Source: an uncultured Holophagales bacterium (GTDB lineage: Bacteria > Acidobacteriota > Thermoanaerobaculia > Multivoradales > UBA5704). Taken from it: a stretch of 64,000 nucleotides of DNA. Position numbers and translations under genes: made by a program. Below, one piece after another: positions 40,114-50,471 of the stretch. Position 1 is the stretch's first letter. Each line of letters opens with the position of its first letter. The notes under the pieces were generated by a model. That model searched no databases, was not told where the DNA came from, and worked only from the letters and a program-made list of their open reading frames with translations. Location: positions 32,001 through 96,000 of the forward strand of contig CAWJGT010000012.1 of assembly GCA_963842525.1 (NCBI GenBank), given 5' to 3'.

Positions 40114-42723
40114 TCAGAACGCCGACGTGTCCGCCAGGTTCGCCAGGCTGCCCGGCAGATTGTGGTAGGTCTTGACCTTGCCGGTCTGGGTGTCGGTCAC
40201 CTTCACCCAGGACTCCACGTCCGACAGCGACCCGTAGAAGACCCAGAACTTGCCGTTCAGGGGTCTGCCGTCGAGCACCTTGACCACCAGCTCGACGTTC
40301 TCCGCGTCGAAGAACCAGAAGTAGCCGGTGCTGCCGAGGCCGGGCACCGCGCCGCCTGCACCGGTCGCGCCGCCGTTCTTCCAGGTCACCTCGACCAGGA
40401 AGCGGCCGGCCAAGCAGAGGGCGTTCGGCCCGGCCACACAGGCGGACGGCGACTGCGCCGGACCCGTTTCGGCCACCGGGGCCGCCGGGGAGGGGTTCAA
40501 GGTCCGGACCTCGCGGATCGGAGCAGGGGACGGCTGGGTCGGCAATGTGTCGGTGAAGGCCGACGTGTCCGCCATGCCGCGCACGTCGCCCGCCCGGTTG
40601 TGGTAGATGCGGGCCACGCCGTTCTGGGTGTCGGTGACCTTGACCCAGAATTCGAGGTCGGTCAGCGACGAGAAGAAGACCCAGAACCGCTGGTTGAGCG
40701 GCCTGCCGTCGAGCACCTTGAGGATCAGCTCGGTGTTGCCTGGATCGAAGAACCAGGCCGTGGCGGTCTTGTCCGAGCTGCGCACCAGGGTCCCCCGGCC
40801 GGTCGTCCCGTTGCCTTGGCGCCAGTCGATCTCGACCCGGAACCGGCTGCCCAGCAGGCAGAGGGACGGGCCGTCCTCGCCGCAGATCGAGGCGGGAGAG
40901 GAAGCCGGCGTGGTCAAGGCCGCCGGGTTGCTGTAGGCGGAGAAGCCCGCCGCGCCGGCAGCACGCACCCGGAAGGTGTAGGCGGCCCCCGGCGTCAGGC
41001 CGGAGACGAGCGTGCCCAGGGCGTTCGCCGGCTCCGTGCCCACCTCCTGGAACGCGCCGCCGCCGGTGGAGCGTTCGATCCGGAAGCCGGTCTCCCCCTG
41101 CGCAGCGTCGCGCCAGGAGAGGTACGCCTCCGTGCCCGAGTGGGCGACGGCCACCAGGCTCGTGGGCGCGGCAAGCGGAGGCGTCGCCGGGATCTTGATC
41201 GACGCTGCATTGCTGTAGCCGGAGGCCCCATCGCCGTTCACCGCGCGCACCCGGAAGGCGTAGGTAGTCCCGGCCTGCAGGCCGCCCACGGTCGCCGTGG
41301 CGGTCCCCGCCGGCAGGCTCAGGATCTCGCGGAACCTGCCGCTGTTGATCTTGCGCTCGACGCGAAAGCCGGTCTCGTCGTCGGAGGTGTCCGTCCAGGT
41401 GAGCACGGCCGAGGTGCCCGCTTCGACCCGGGCAGCCAGCCCGGTGGGCGCCGACGGCCCCCCCGCTGGAGGAGGCGGAGGAGGCTCCTGGCCGTCGGAG
41501 GGATAGAGCGAGGCGATCGCGTCCTTGTCGTCCCGGCTCAGCCGCGCGCCGCGCCCGTCGCCTTTGGCGAAGGCAAACATCAGAGCGTCCCCGTCCTGCG
41601 AGTGGCCGAGCCCCAGGGTGTGCCCGAGCTCGTGGGCGAAGACCTCTTCCGCCGACCCTGCCCTTCTCGTGAAGAAGCAGTCGGTGCCGTCGTTGGTGAT
41701 GATGTCGCCCTCGACGGCCCGGTGGACCTCCTGGCCATTCCATGTGACGGTGTTCCGCTGGAAACGGGGGCCGCCGATCGCGATGACTCCGCCGCCCGGG
41801 CAGGCGAACGACTCCTCGACCTGCCCGTTCGGATCGTCGAAGAGGATCGCGTTGGTCCTGTCGCTGCTGCCGGTACCCGTGGAGGACTCCGTGGTGCCCG
41901 CGTAGCTGTAGCGGACGCTCGAGCCCGCATCGCCGTTCCACGCCTGGATCGCCGTCCTGAAGGCCGCGATGGTGGCGTCGAGCCCGAGGCCGCTCTGCCC
42001 GGCGGAATGGACCCGCCACGGCTCGGACCGCCCCTCGTCGAAGGTGAACCAGCGGACCGGTTTGCCGTCGTCCCCGGTGATGTAGCTGAAGGGCTGGACC
42101 GCCTGTCCCATCCCATCGCTCCCATCGCCCACCTGGCCGGTCACGACATAGTCGCGCGCCCGCACGATGCCCTCGGCGCGGTCGGCGAGCCAGCCGGTGA
42201 ACCGTTCGAAGTCGCGCGGCTCATCTTTCCCCGGCACGATCCCGGTGGCGGTCACCTCGTGCGTCTCGGAGAGATCGCGCAGGACGACGCTCCGGCCGGC
42301 CAGGGTCCGCCGATGAAACGCGCCGAGCATCAGATGGAGGATGCGGTAGGTGCCGTCGCCGGCCGGATTCAGGAAGAGCAGAGCCCGCTCGCCCGGGGCG
42401 AATTCGGGAGCGCCCCAGATCTTGAGGTCGAGGCCGTCGAGCCCCATCCCTCCGGGCACGCGCACCACGACGGTGCTGCCCGGGAGATGACCCTTGAGCA
42501 CGCGCTCCACCTCGACGACGTAATCGGTGACCGGGTTGCCGTTCGCGCCGCCGGCCGAGCTCTCGACCTGCGTCACACGGACATCGACGATCGCCTTCGC
42601 CTGGTCGGCGAGGAGCGGGTCGTGGACCATCTGGTAGGTGGTGGCTGCCGCGGGCAGAGCGGCCCAGAGGGAGAGCAGGGCGATGAGAGCGAGGGGGGGC
42701 GAAAACCGGATCGTGAGCTTCAT
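40114..42723 (-). CDS. Secreted metzincin (matrixin-like) protease with 2 FN3 domains and 2 C-terminal beta-rich repeats
   Basis: Signal peptide, HELGHTLGLGH, Met-turn ALMF, two FN3, duplicated LCL..RF.V..W..WFFD..N.EL..KVLDGR..N..FWVF. Confidence 0.9.
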   Translation of the reverse strand: MKLTIRFSPPLALIALLSLWAALPAAATTYQMVHDPLLADQAKAIVDVRVTQVESSAGGANGNPVTDYVVEVERVLKGHLPGSTVVVRVPGGMGLDGLDLKIWGAPEFAPGERALLFLNPAGDGTYRILHLMLGAFHRRTLAGRSVVLRDLSETHEVTATGIVPGKDEPRDFERFTGWLADRAEGIVRARDYVVTGQVGDGSDGMGQAVQPFSYITGDDGKPVRWFTFDEGRSEPWRVHSAGQSGLGLDATIAAFRTAIQAWNGDAGSSVRYSYAGTTESSTGTGSSDRTNAILFDDPNGQVEESFACPGGGVIAIGGPRFQRNTVTWNGQEVHRAVEGDIITNDGTDCFFTRRAGSAEEVFAHELGHTLGLGHSQDGDALMFAFAKGDGRGARLSRDDKDAIASLYPSDGQEPPPPPPAGGPSAPTGLAARVEAGTSAVLTWTDTSDDETGFRVERKINSGRFREILSLPAGTATATVGGLQAGTTYAFRVRAVNGDGASGYSNAASIKIPATPPLAAPTSLVAVAHSGTEAYLSWRDAAQGETGFRIERSTGGGAFQEVGTEPANALGTLVSGLTPGAAYTFRVRAAGAAGFSAYSNPAALTTPASSPASICGEDGPSLCLLGSRFRVEIDWRQGNGTTGRGTLVRSSDKTATAWFFDPGNTELILKVLDGRPLNQRFWVFFSSLTDLEFWVKVTDTQNGVARIYHNRAGDVRGMADTSAFTDTLPTQPSPAPIREVRTLNPSPAAPVAETGPAQSPSACVAGPNALCLAGRFLVEVTWKNGGATGAGGAVPGLGSTGYFWFFDAENVELVVKVLDGRPLNGKFWVFYGSLSDVESWVKVTDTQTGKVKTYHNLPGSLANLADTSAF

Positions 42724-42817
42724 CAGGCCTCCTGCTGGCGATTCGTGGGTCGCTCAGGTGAGAACAGGCGGCAGGAGGGGGTTATTTCGAGATGGGAATG
42801 TCCTCGCCGGAAGGGTT

Positions 42818-43180
42818 TCACTCCGACTCGGAGCCCTTGCTCGCGGTGGAGGCGGCCTCTTTCTTGGTGTCCGACTTGGATTCGGTCTTGGATTCGGTCT
42901 TGGTGTCCGATTTGGATTCCGACTTGGATTCCGCAGCTCCCTCGCCCTTTTCGCTCTTTTCGCTCTTCTCGTCCTTGTCGGACTTTTCGTGCTTCCCACC
43001 CTTGGCGGCGTAGTCGGTCGCGTACCAGCCGGTCCCCTTGAACTGGAACGCCGGGGCCGAGAACATCTTCTTGACCTCGCCGCCGCAGGCGGGGCAGGCG
43101 GCGAGCGGCGGATCATCCATGCGCTGGATAAGCTCCGTCCTTTTGCCGCAACTGCGGCACTCGTACTCGTAGATCGGCAT
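42818..43180 (-). CDS. FmdB-family zinc-ribbon protein with K/E/S low-complexity tail
   Basis: MPIYEYECRSC..CPACGG..FKGTGWYATDY. Confidence 0.92.
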   Translation of the reverse strand: MPIYEYECRSCGKRTELIQRMDDPPLAACPACGGEVKKMFSAPAFQFKGTGWYATDYAAKGGKHEKSDKDEKSEKSEKGEGAAESKSESKSDTKTESKTESKSDTKKEAASTASKGSESE

Positions 43181-43190
43181 GCACTGGCTC

Positions 43191-44006
43191 CTAGCTGTAC
43201 TTGTCGCCCTGGGTCTTGAACCGGATCTTGATGGCGCCGGTCCCCGTCTCCTCGCGCGGCCGTTCGACCTCAGGCGATCCGACGGCGACGCCGCGGACGA
43301 GCTGGAGCACCTGGAAGGCGTACATCAGCTTGCCGTTCTCGGCCGCGCCGTGGGGCCCCTGGGTGCAGACGTCGAAGAGCGTCCGCCGGCCGTCGACGAG
43401 CTGGAGGAGGCGAAACTCGTCGCCGTCGAGCGCCAGCTCGACCAGGTCCTCCACCCGATAACAAGGTTCGAAGACCGTCTCTTTCCGCCCGAGCCGCGCG
43501 ACCAGGGCCTTGGCGTTGGGCGCCCGCTTGATCCCCTGCAGGATCACCTGGGGCATGGGGAGCTGGATCTTGACGGCGTCCGACTCCCGGAAGTCGCCGA
43601 TGCTGAAGACGACGCCGCCGTCCTGCCAGTAGAAGAGGCTCCAGACGATGGCCTCGATCTGCTGGCGGATGGCGCGGTAGATCTCGGCGGGCGAGAGGAC
43701 GCCCTGCTCGATGAGGATCTGTCCGTAGCGTTTGTTGAGCCGCTCGCGCTCCGCCATGGTGTGGGCGAAGACCTCGGGCGAGATGGTGCCGCTGCGCTGC
43801 AGCCAGTGGCCCAGGCTGTCGTCCCGGTCGGAGGACGAGGCGTGGACCACATTGCCCTCTTTGATGTAGACCCGCTTGACGACGCCTTCGCGGGCGGCCT
43901 CGATGACTCCCGGCACCTGGAAGCGGTCGATCGTATAGAGGATTTCCGGCAGCGCCGTGTGCGCCAGATCGCCGCGATACTGGAATGTGCTCTCTACGGT
44001 CGCCAA
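43191..44006 (-). CDS. DUF4388-domain protein
   Basis: YRGDL..LPEIL..G..VYIKEGNVVHA..LG..L..LFYWQDG.VVF; TTG start after GAGG. Confidence 0.8.
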   Translation of the reverse strand: MATVESTFQYRGDLAHTALPEILYTIDRFQVPGVIEAAREGVVKRVYIKEGNVVHASSSDRDDSLGHWLQRSGTISPEVFAHTMAERERLNKRYGQILIEQGVLSPAEIYRAIRQQIEAIVWSLFYWQDGGVVFSIGDFRESDAVKIQLPMPQVILQGIKRAPNAKALVARLGRKETVFEPCYRVEDLVELALDGDEFRLLQLVDGRRTLFDVCTQGPHGAAENGKLMYAFQVLQLVRGVAVGSPEVERPREETGTGAIKIRFKTQGDKYS

Positions 44007-44081
44007 AGGGCACCTCTCCTCCCGTACCCGGAGGGATCGAGCGGACTGGACGAAAAGCGCGGCGAGTATACCATCTTGCCC

Positions 44082-45320
44082 ATGTTGCACCCTGACGAAG
44101 CCTGGCAACGCATCGCCGAGCACTGCGCGCCGCTCCCCGCGGAGACCGTTCCCCGGCGGGACGCGGCGGGCCGTGTGCTCGCAGACACCCTCCACGCCAC
44201 GGTCGACGTGCCGGCCCACGACGTCTCGGCCATGGACGGTTTTGCCCTCGCCGGCCCGGTGCCGCCCGGCGAGCCGCGGCAGGTGACAGCCATGATCGCG
44301 GCGGGCGATCCGCCCGGTTTCGAGCTGGTTTCCCCGGACATCGTCCGCATCATGACCGGCGCGCCCATTCCACGCGGAGCGGACCGGGTGATTCCGGTCG
44401 AGGCGAGCAATGTCCGCAGCGAGCGCGGCGGGCGCGGCGGGAGCCGGACAACGGTGACCTTCCGCGCCGAGGCCGGCCCGGGGGACCACATCCGCCGCCG
44501 CGGCGAGGTGGTGCGCGCGGGAGAGCCGCTCCTGCCGGCCGGCGCGCTCGTGACCCCCGGCGCCCTCGCGCTGCTCGCCACCCACGGCTTCACCGTCCTG
44601 CCGGTGCACCGCGTGCCTACCGTGGCCGTGCTGACTACCGGCGACGAGGTCGTCCCGCCGGAGGCCGAGCCCGCGCCCGGCCAGCTCCGCGACTCCCACA
44701 CCGACTTCCTGCTCGCCGCCGGCGCCTCCCTCGGGCTGCGCTTCGAGCCGCTGGGCATCGCGCCGGACCGCGTGGACGAGCTGAAGCGCCGTGTCGCGGA
44801 GGGGCTGCGCTCCGACGTCCTGCTCCTCTGCGGCGGGGTGTCGATGGGCGAGCTGGACCTCACCGAAGGGGTTCTGGCCTCCTTTGGCTGCCAGGCGCAC
44901 TTCGATGCAGTCTCCATGCAGCCCGGCAAGCCCCTGGTCTTCGCCACCCGGCCGTCCGATGCGGGGGCCGGGATCGTCTTCGGCCTGCCGGGCAACCCGG
45001 CCTCGGTGATGGTGAGCTTCTGGCTCTTCGTCCGCCCCGCCCTGCGGCGCCTGCTGGGATTCGCGGACGGCTGGTGGCAGGGAGCGCTCGCGGGCACCCT
45101 GGCCGCTCCCCTGCCGGGCGCCGGGGGACGCGACCGCTTCCTGTCCGCCGGCGTCGAGGCCCGCGACGGCATCCTGCGGGTGACCCCCTATCCGTCGAAA
45201 GGCTCTCACGACCTCGCCGCCTACGCCCGCGGCACCGCGCTCGTGCGGGTGCGGGCCGGCTCCGCTCCCGCCTCCGTGGGGACCTCCTGCGAGGTGCTGC
45301 CGATCGGCCCGCTGGCATGA
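44082..45320 (+). CDS. moeA: Molybdopterin molybdotransferase
   Basis: SAMDGFA, IMTGAPIP.GAD, TTGDEV, GGVSMG, QPGKP, GLPGNPAS. Confidence 0.93.
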   Translation: MLHPDEAWQRIAEHCAPLPAETVPRRDAAGRVLADTLHATVDVPAHDVSAMDGFALAGPVPPGEPRQVTAMIAAGDPPGFELVSPDIVRIMTGAPIPRGADRVIPVEASNVRSERGGRGGSRTTVTFRAEAGPGDHIRRRGEVVRAGEPLLPAGALVTPGALALLATHGFTVLPVHRVPTVAVLTTGDEVVPPEAEPAPGQLRDSHTDFLLAAGASLGLRFEPLGIAPDRVDELKRRVAEGLRSDVLLLCGGVSMGELDLTEGVLASFGCQAHFDAVSMQPGKPLVFATRPSDAGAGIVFGLPGNPASVMVSFWLFVRPALRRLLGFADGWWQGALAGTLAAPLPGAGGRDRFLSAGVEARDGILRVTPYPSKGSHDLAAYARGTALVRVRAGSAPASVGTSCEVLPIGPLA

Positions 45321-47834
45321 TGGGGCCAATCCCCTGGGAGGCGCTGGCGCGGCTGGCCGTCTGCCTGGCTCTGGGGCAGGGCCTCCTCGCCCTGCTGTCC
45401 CGCGGGCTTGGCTCTCGCATTCCATGGAGGACCGCGGCCGGCAGCCTCGCCCTGGTCCTCCTGACCCTCTCCCCCTGGCTGGTCACGGACCGCCTGCTGG
45501 CGCCGGTGGACGAGCCGATTGACAACAACGTGCCAGGCGCCCCGGTGGTGCCGGACCCCGACCGGCACGGCCTCTACAACGACGTGGCCCTCCAGCTCCT
45601 CCCCTGGGAGATCGAGGTGCGGCGCGCGTTCGCAAGCGGCCGGCTGCCGCTCTGGTCGGACCTCCTGGACGGCGGCAGCTCACCGTGGGTCAACCCGCAG
45701 GCCGCGGTGCTCTCGCCGATCGCCCTGCTGGCCCGCCTCCTGCCCATCGAGCACTTCCTGCTGGCCGCCCTGGCGCTCAAGATGCTCGTCGCCTCACAGG
45801 GCACCTGGCTGCTGGCGCGCCGCCTCGGAGCGGGCCGCACGGCCGCGGCCCTGGCAGGCGCCGGCTACGCGCTCGGCGGCGGGGTCATGGCCTGGGCGCT
45901 CTTCCCGCTCACCAGTGTCACAGCCTGGACGCCGTGGCTCGCGGCGGGGGTGGTGGGGCTGTGGCGGCGGGAGTCCCTCACCCCCAGCCCCTCTCCCAAC
46001 CGCCCTCCCGGACCCCCGGGAGAGGGGAGCCACGATCTCATGTCCTCCCCCCTCTCCCGGTGGATGGGAGGGCGGTTGGGAGAGGGGGGTCGGGGGGGTG
46101 AGGGGCCCACCACCGCCCTCCTCTTCGCCTTCCTCCTCCTGTCCGGCCACCCGGAGGCAGCACTCGCGGGCGCCACATTCGCGCTGTTCGCCGGGCTCGC
46201 CTTACGCCGCCGGCGCACCCCGGTCCTGCCGACGTTGGGCAGGACAGCCCTGGCGCTTGCCCTGGGACTCGGGCTGGCGGCGCCGCACCTGGTGCCGTTC
46301 CTGCGCATCCTGCCCGAGACGCAGCGGGCCGTGCGCACTCTCGAAGAGGGGCCGCCCCCGGCGGCCAACACCGGAGCATGGTTTCCCGGCACCAACGCCC
46401 GGCTGCTCCTGGCGCCCGCCAACCCGCGCGTCTATGGCCGGCCGTTCCACGAGCCGTATCGGGGTCCCCTGACCTGGAGCGCCTCGGGAGCGGGCTATGC
46501 GGGGCTGCTTGCCTTCGCCGGCACCCTGGCCGGCCTTCTTGCGCGCCAGCGGTGGAAGACCTTGCTCCCCCTGCTCGCCTTCGCCGCGCTCTGCTTCCTG
46601 CTCGCGGCCGGCTTCGGTCCTCTGGAGAGGCCGCTTGACCGCCTTCCCTTCCTCGGTGCGGTGGCCTGGACCCGCTTCCTCCCTGCCGCCGGACTGGCTC
46701 TCGTGCTGGCCGGGGCGCTGGGGATCGACGGCCTCCTGCGGCGGCGCGCCCGGATAGGCGCCTGGATCGGGCTCGGCGTAGCGGCGGCGGCCAGCCTGGC
46801 GCTGGAGCACAGCCTCCTCGTCGCCGCCGCCTGGGCCCTGCTCCTGGGCGGCGCTTTGTTGGCCCGGAAGTCACGGCCGCTGGCGGGAGCGCTCCTCGCC
46901 GCAGCCCTGCTCGTCGACCTGCTCCCCTGGGCCTGGGACCTGTTGCCGCGCGGCCACCGCGAGCTTCTTCTATCCGCAGACCCCGCTGGTCGAGGCCGCC
47001 ACGGCGGCGGTCGCGGAGGGCGGTCCCTGGCGGGGCGCGGCGCACGGTTTCCTCTTCTATCCTTCGCTGCTGCCGGTCTACGGCGTCGCCGAGCTGCGCG
47101 CCCACAACCCGGTGGCCTTGCGGCAGCAGCTCCTGCCTCTCCAGGAAGCCTTCCGTTTCCGGCCCGAGGGGAGGCGCTACAAGAGCGGCTTCCGCAACCT
47201 CGACCACCCGCTGCTCGACTTCCTGAACGTCCGGCTGGTGATTGCCAAGGACGGCCAGCCCGAGCCCCGTACCCTGGAACGCTTCGACGCGGGCCAGCTC
47301 GCGCCCATGCGGCTCTACATCAATCCAGAAGCCCTGCCGCGGCTGTTCCTGCCGGTTGCGGTCCAGGTGGTGGAACGGCAGGAAGCCCTCCCCGCGGTCG
47401 CTCGCCTGAAGAATCCCCGCCGGGTCGTTCTCATCGCGGAAGAGACCCAGGGCTGGCGTCAGCCGCGCCGGCCGTGGGACCCGGACGCCGTGCGGATCGT
47501 CTCCTGGGAGCCCGGGGGGATCGTCGCCGAGCTGCCTCCCGAGGGAGAGAAGCTCCTTGCCACCTCGCTCTCTTTCCCCGCAGGCTGGACAGCCCGCGCC
47601 GGGGGCGAGCGCCTGCGGACACTGACGGTCAACACCGCCTGGCTGGGGGTCGTAATGCCGAACGGCTCCGGACGGGTCGAATTGGCATTCCGTCCACCGG
47701 GGCTGGGCCTGGGGACGGGGCTGTTCGTGCTGGCGCTGCTCGGAGTCGCCGCCTCGTACACATACACGATCTGGCGGTTCCCCCGCCACATACCAGTGCC
47801 GGGCCGCTCTCCAAAGCGGGCGGCGAGCCGGTAG
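45317..47834 (+). CDS. YfhO-like polytopic membrane protein / GT-C glycosyltransferase (frameshift ~46970)
   Basis: GRLPLW..GG.P..NPQ, many TMs, LLSGHPE, then LLDFLNVR, NPEALPR, GWTA in the second frame. Confidence 0.75.
45975..46105. repeat. Inverted dimer of the palindromic element, in frame inside the YfhO-like gene
   Basis: Translated as SLTPSPSPNRPPGPPGEGSHDLMSSPLSRWMGGRLGEGGRGGEG between two TM helices. Confidence 0.85.
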
Positions 47835-49288
47835 CGATCGCGGGCCCGTCCCCGGGCGACAAGCTCGTTCAGCGACATCCCTCCGCGACGTTCGAATTCG
47901 CCGGTGACGAGGAACCGGTACCCGCCGTGGCGGCGGAGGCGCGGACGCGCCCTCTCGACAGGCAGCACGGTCGCCCGCGGACCCAGACGCCCGACCTCGC
48001 TGCGGACGATCGCCAGCTCCTCGGAGACGAGGACTGCATCGCCCGGTCCGGCATGCTCGCGGAGCCAGTCGACCGCCTGCACGCGCGAGTCGACGAGGGT
48101 GGCCCGGTTGCGGGCATAGGCAAGATCGGCCGGCAGGAAGAGACCCGCAATCAACAGGGACGCGGCGGCGTCCACCCAAGCCGGCCGGGGCACCCTCTCG
48201 CGGATCTTCGCGGCGAGAAGCCCGACGAGGACGCAGGCCAGGGGGACCAGCGGCAGAAGGTTGCGGAACGGCTGAAAGGTATAGCGCAGGAGGATCAGCA
48301 CCAGGGCGATGCCCCAGACGGCCCAGCCCAGGGCCGAAGGCCGGGTCCGGCGGTCCGCCACGGCGGAGAGCCAGCCCGCGGCGACCAGGGCGAGGAAGGC
48401 CAGGCCGAGCTCGGGGTGGTCGAGCGGCTGGTCCCACTCCGCGCGCCGGACGATCTGGTCCCAGAGCGGGACCATCTCCAGCCGGGCATAGAGCACGAAT
48501 TGCCGGCCCACATCGGTGAAGACGCGGTGGGGCTTCAGGAACAGGGCCGGCATGACTGCGAAGACGGCCACCAGCCCGCCGAGCGCAGCGAGCTCCAGCC
48601 GTCGGATGCGGCCCGTCCATCCGCCCTCTCCACGCAACAGCGAGATCGTCACCGGGATGGCGGCCAGGATGCCCGGGTACTTGGACGTGAGGGCGAGCCC
48701 CGTCATCGCTCCCGCGAGGAGCGCGTCCCGCCGCGGCGTGCCGCCGCGCAGCGACCTCTCGCCGAAGAACACTGCCGCGAGGCAGAAGAAGGCCGCATAG
48801 GGGTCCACGGTCACGAGGGCGCTCCGGATCACCAGCGCCGGGACGAGCGCCGCGGTCCAGGCCGCGACGAGCTCCGCGGACGGACCGCCGAGCCACCGCG
48901 CGAGCCGGCCCGTCAGCACCACGGTCGCGAGCCCCGCGGCGAGCGTGAGCAGCCGGCCGAGCACGATCAGATCCGCCGGCTCGACCAGGTCGTAGTACTT
49001 GGGCGGAAAAACCGAGAGGTCGTCCCGCAGTCTGTGCCCATGCACGGCTTTGTAGACGGGCGCCTCGGCCGTGGCCGCCGCGCGCACCGCAACCAGAGGC
49101 AGCGCCGGGTAGAGATACCAGAGCGGGTCCCACCGCCGCTCCCGGAGCATCCGCACCACCCGGTGCAGCACGTGCCCCTCGTCCACATAGTTGAGATACG
49201 GGAGCCCCGCCCACACCGTCGGCAGCCGCAGGCCGAGGGCCACGGCCAGGATCAGGGACCAGCAGGCGAGGCGGAGTCGGCGCGACAC
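47459..49288 (-). CDS. GT-C (family 39/ArnT-like) glycosyltransferase
   Basis: YVDE, YPAL, GRLL, TVD, GLALTSKYP, FRNLLPLVP; 3' end overlaps the YfhO-like gene. Confidence 0.8.
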   Translation of the reverse strand: MSRRLRLACWSLILAVALGLRLPTVWAGLPYLNYVDEGHVLHRVVRMLRERRWDPLWYLYPALPLVAVRAAATAEAPVYKAVHGHRLRDDLSVFPPKYYDLVEPADLIVLGRLLTLAAGLATVVLTGRLARWLGGPSAELVAAWTAALVPALVIRSALVTVDPYAAFFCLAAVFFGERSLRGGTPRRDALLAGAMTGLALTSKYPGILAAIPVTISLLRGEGGWTGRIRRLELAALGGLVAVFAVMPALFLKPHRVFTDVGRQFVLYARLEMVPLWDQIVRRAEWDQPLDHPELGLAFLALVAAGWLSAVADRRTRPSALGWAVWGIALVLILLRYTFQPFRNLLPLVPLACVLVGLLAAKIRERVPRPAWVDAAASLLIAGLFLPADLAYARNRATLVDSRVQAVDWLREHAGPGDAVLVSEELAIVRSEVGRLGPRATVLPVERARPRLRRHGGYRFLVTGEFERRGGMSLNELVARGRARDRYRLAARFGERPGTGMWRGNRQIVYVYEAATPSSASTNSPVPRPSPGGRNANSTRPEPFGITTPSQAVLTVSVRRRSPPARAVQPAGKESEVARSFSPSGGSSATIPPGSQETIRTASGSHGRRG

Positions 49289-49370
49289 GCCGGAAGCATA
49301 GTGAAATCAGTTGCTCATGCGCGCCGAGCCCGCTCTTCGCCTTGGCGACCGGGACAGGAGAAGCTCGCGG

Positions 49371-49589
49371 CTATGGCGAGCAGGAGGAGATGCAATGCAT
49401 CTTCTGCTCGTCGCAGGCGTTATAGCAGGCCCAGTCCCCCTGACAACACCAGGACGCGCACTGCTGAGCATCATAGATGCACCCGTCGATGCAGTCAGCC
49501 GACGCCGCTCTCGGCCCGGGGAATCCGCCGCCCAGGACCATCCCGACCAGCACGAGCATCGTGAACAGCAGGATACCTCTCTTGAGCAT
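49371..49589 (-). CDS. Small secreted Cys-rich peptide
   Basis: AAGGAGGAG RBS, signal peptide ending ASA, 9 Cys. Confidence 0.8.
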   Translation of the reverse strand: MLKRGILLFTMLVLVGMVLGGGFPGPRAASADCIDGCIYDAQQCASWCCQGDWACYNACDEQKMHCISSCSP

Positions 49590-49665
49590 AGCTCCTCCTT
49601 TCGTCGTTCACCATCCATAGAAGAAGGGTGTGCGGAGAGGAGAAAGGGGAGCCGCCGGGCGAGGG

Positions 49666-50454
49666 CTATTCCTGGGCGTCCTTGACCAGCAGGCGCTCGA
49701 TGCCGCGCGCCTTGCCGGTGTCCTCGTCGATGTCGATGACGACACCGGCAAGGCGGACGTCCCTCTTGGCCACCTCGAAAGAGGAGGGGGTCTGGAGGAG
49801 GAAGCGCTTGAGGACCTTGTCGACCCGCATGCCGATGACCGACTCGTAGGGGCCGGTCATGCCGGCGTCGGTCAGGTAGGCCGTGCCGTTGGGCAGGATG
49901 CGCTCGTCGGCCGTGGGCACGTGGGTGTGGGTGCCGACCACGGCGCTCACCCGGCCGTCCAGGTAGAAACCCAGGGCCTGCTTCTCGCTCGTGGCCTCGG
50001 CGTGGAAGTCGACGAAGACCACCTTGGCCTTCGCTCCGATCTGCTGGAGCAGCCGGTCGGCCACCCGGAAGGGGGACTCGAGGTTGCTCATGAAGACCTG
50101 GCCTTCGAGGTTGATCACCGCCACCGGGATGCCGGCCGCGGTCTCGCCGATGTAGAGCCCCTTCCCCGCGTTGCCCTCGGGATAGTTGGCCGGCCGCAGG
50201 AGGCGCGGATCGCGGTCCAGGATCTCGACCCCCTCCTTCTTGTCCCAGACGTGGTTGCCTGAGGTGAAGCAGTGGATGGGCAGGTCCGCGATCTCCGCCA
50301 TCACCTCCGGGGTGACGCCGAAGCCGCCGGCGGAGTTCTCGACGTTGACCACCACGAAGTCGGCGTTGTGACGGTCCACCAGCCGGGGGAGGAGGTTCTG
50401 CAGGGCCCGGCGGCCCGGCTTGCCGATGACGTCGCCGACGAAGAGGAGCTTCAT
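49666..50454 (-). CDS. ymdB: TIGR00282-family metallophosphoesterase
   Basis: [31 protein letters not shown]. Confidence 0.93.
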   Translation of the reverse strand: MKLLFVGDVIGKPGRRALQNLLPRLVDRHNADFVVVNVENSAGGFGVTPEVMAEIADLPIHCFTSGNHVWDKKEGVEILDRDPRLLRPANYPEGNAGKGLYIGETAAGIPVAVINLEGQVFMSNLESPFRVADRLLQQIGAKAKVVFVDFHAEATSEKQALGFYLDGRVSAVVGTHTHVPTADERILPNGTAYLTDAGMTGPYESVIGMRVDKVLKRFLLQTPSSFEVAKRDVRLAGVVIDIDEDTGKARGIERLLVKDAQE

Positions 50455-50471
50455 CGATCCGTCTCTAGCTT

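Noticed and set aside
42860-42990. Short tandem DNA repeats (TTGGATTCGGTC-like)
   Set aside because: Explained by the low-complexity K/E/S/T tail typical of FmdB-family proteins
45074-49564. 1496-aa giant ORF
   Set aside because: Real YfhO-like N-terminus followed by off-frame and antisense read-through in high-GC DNA
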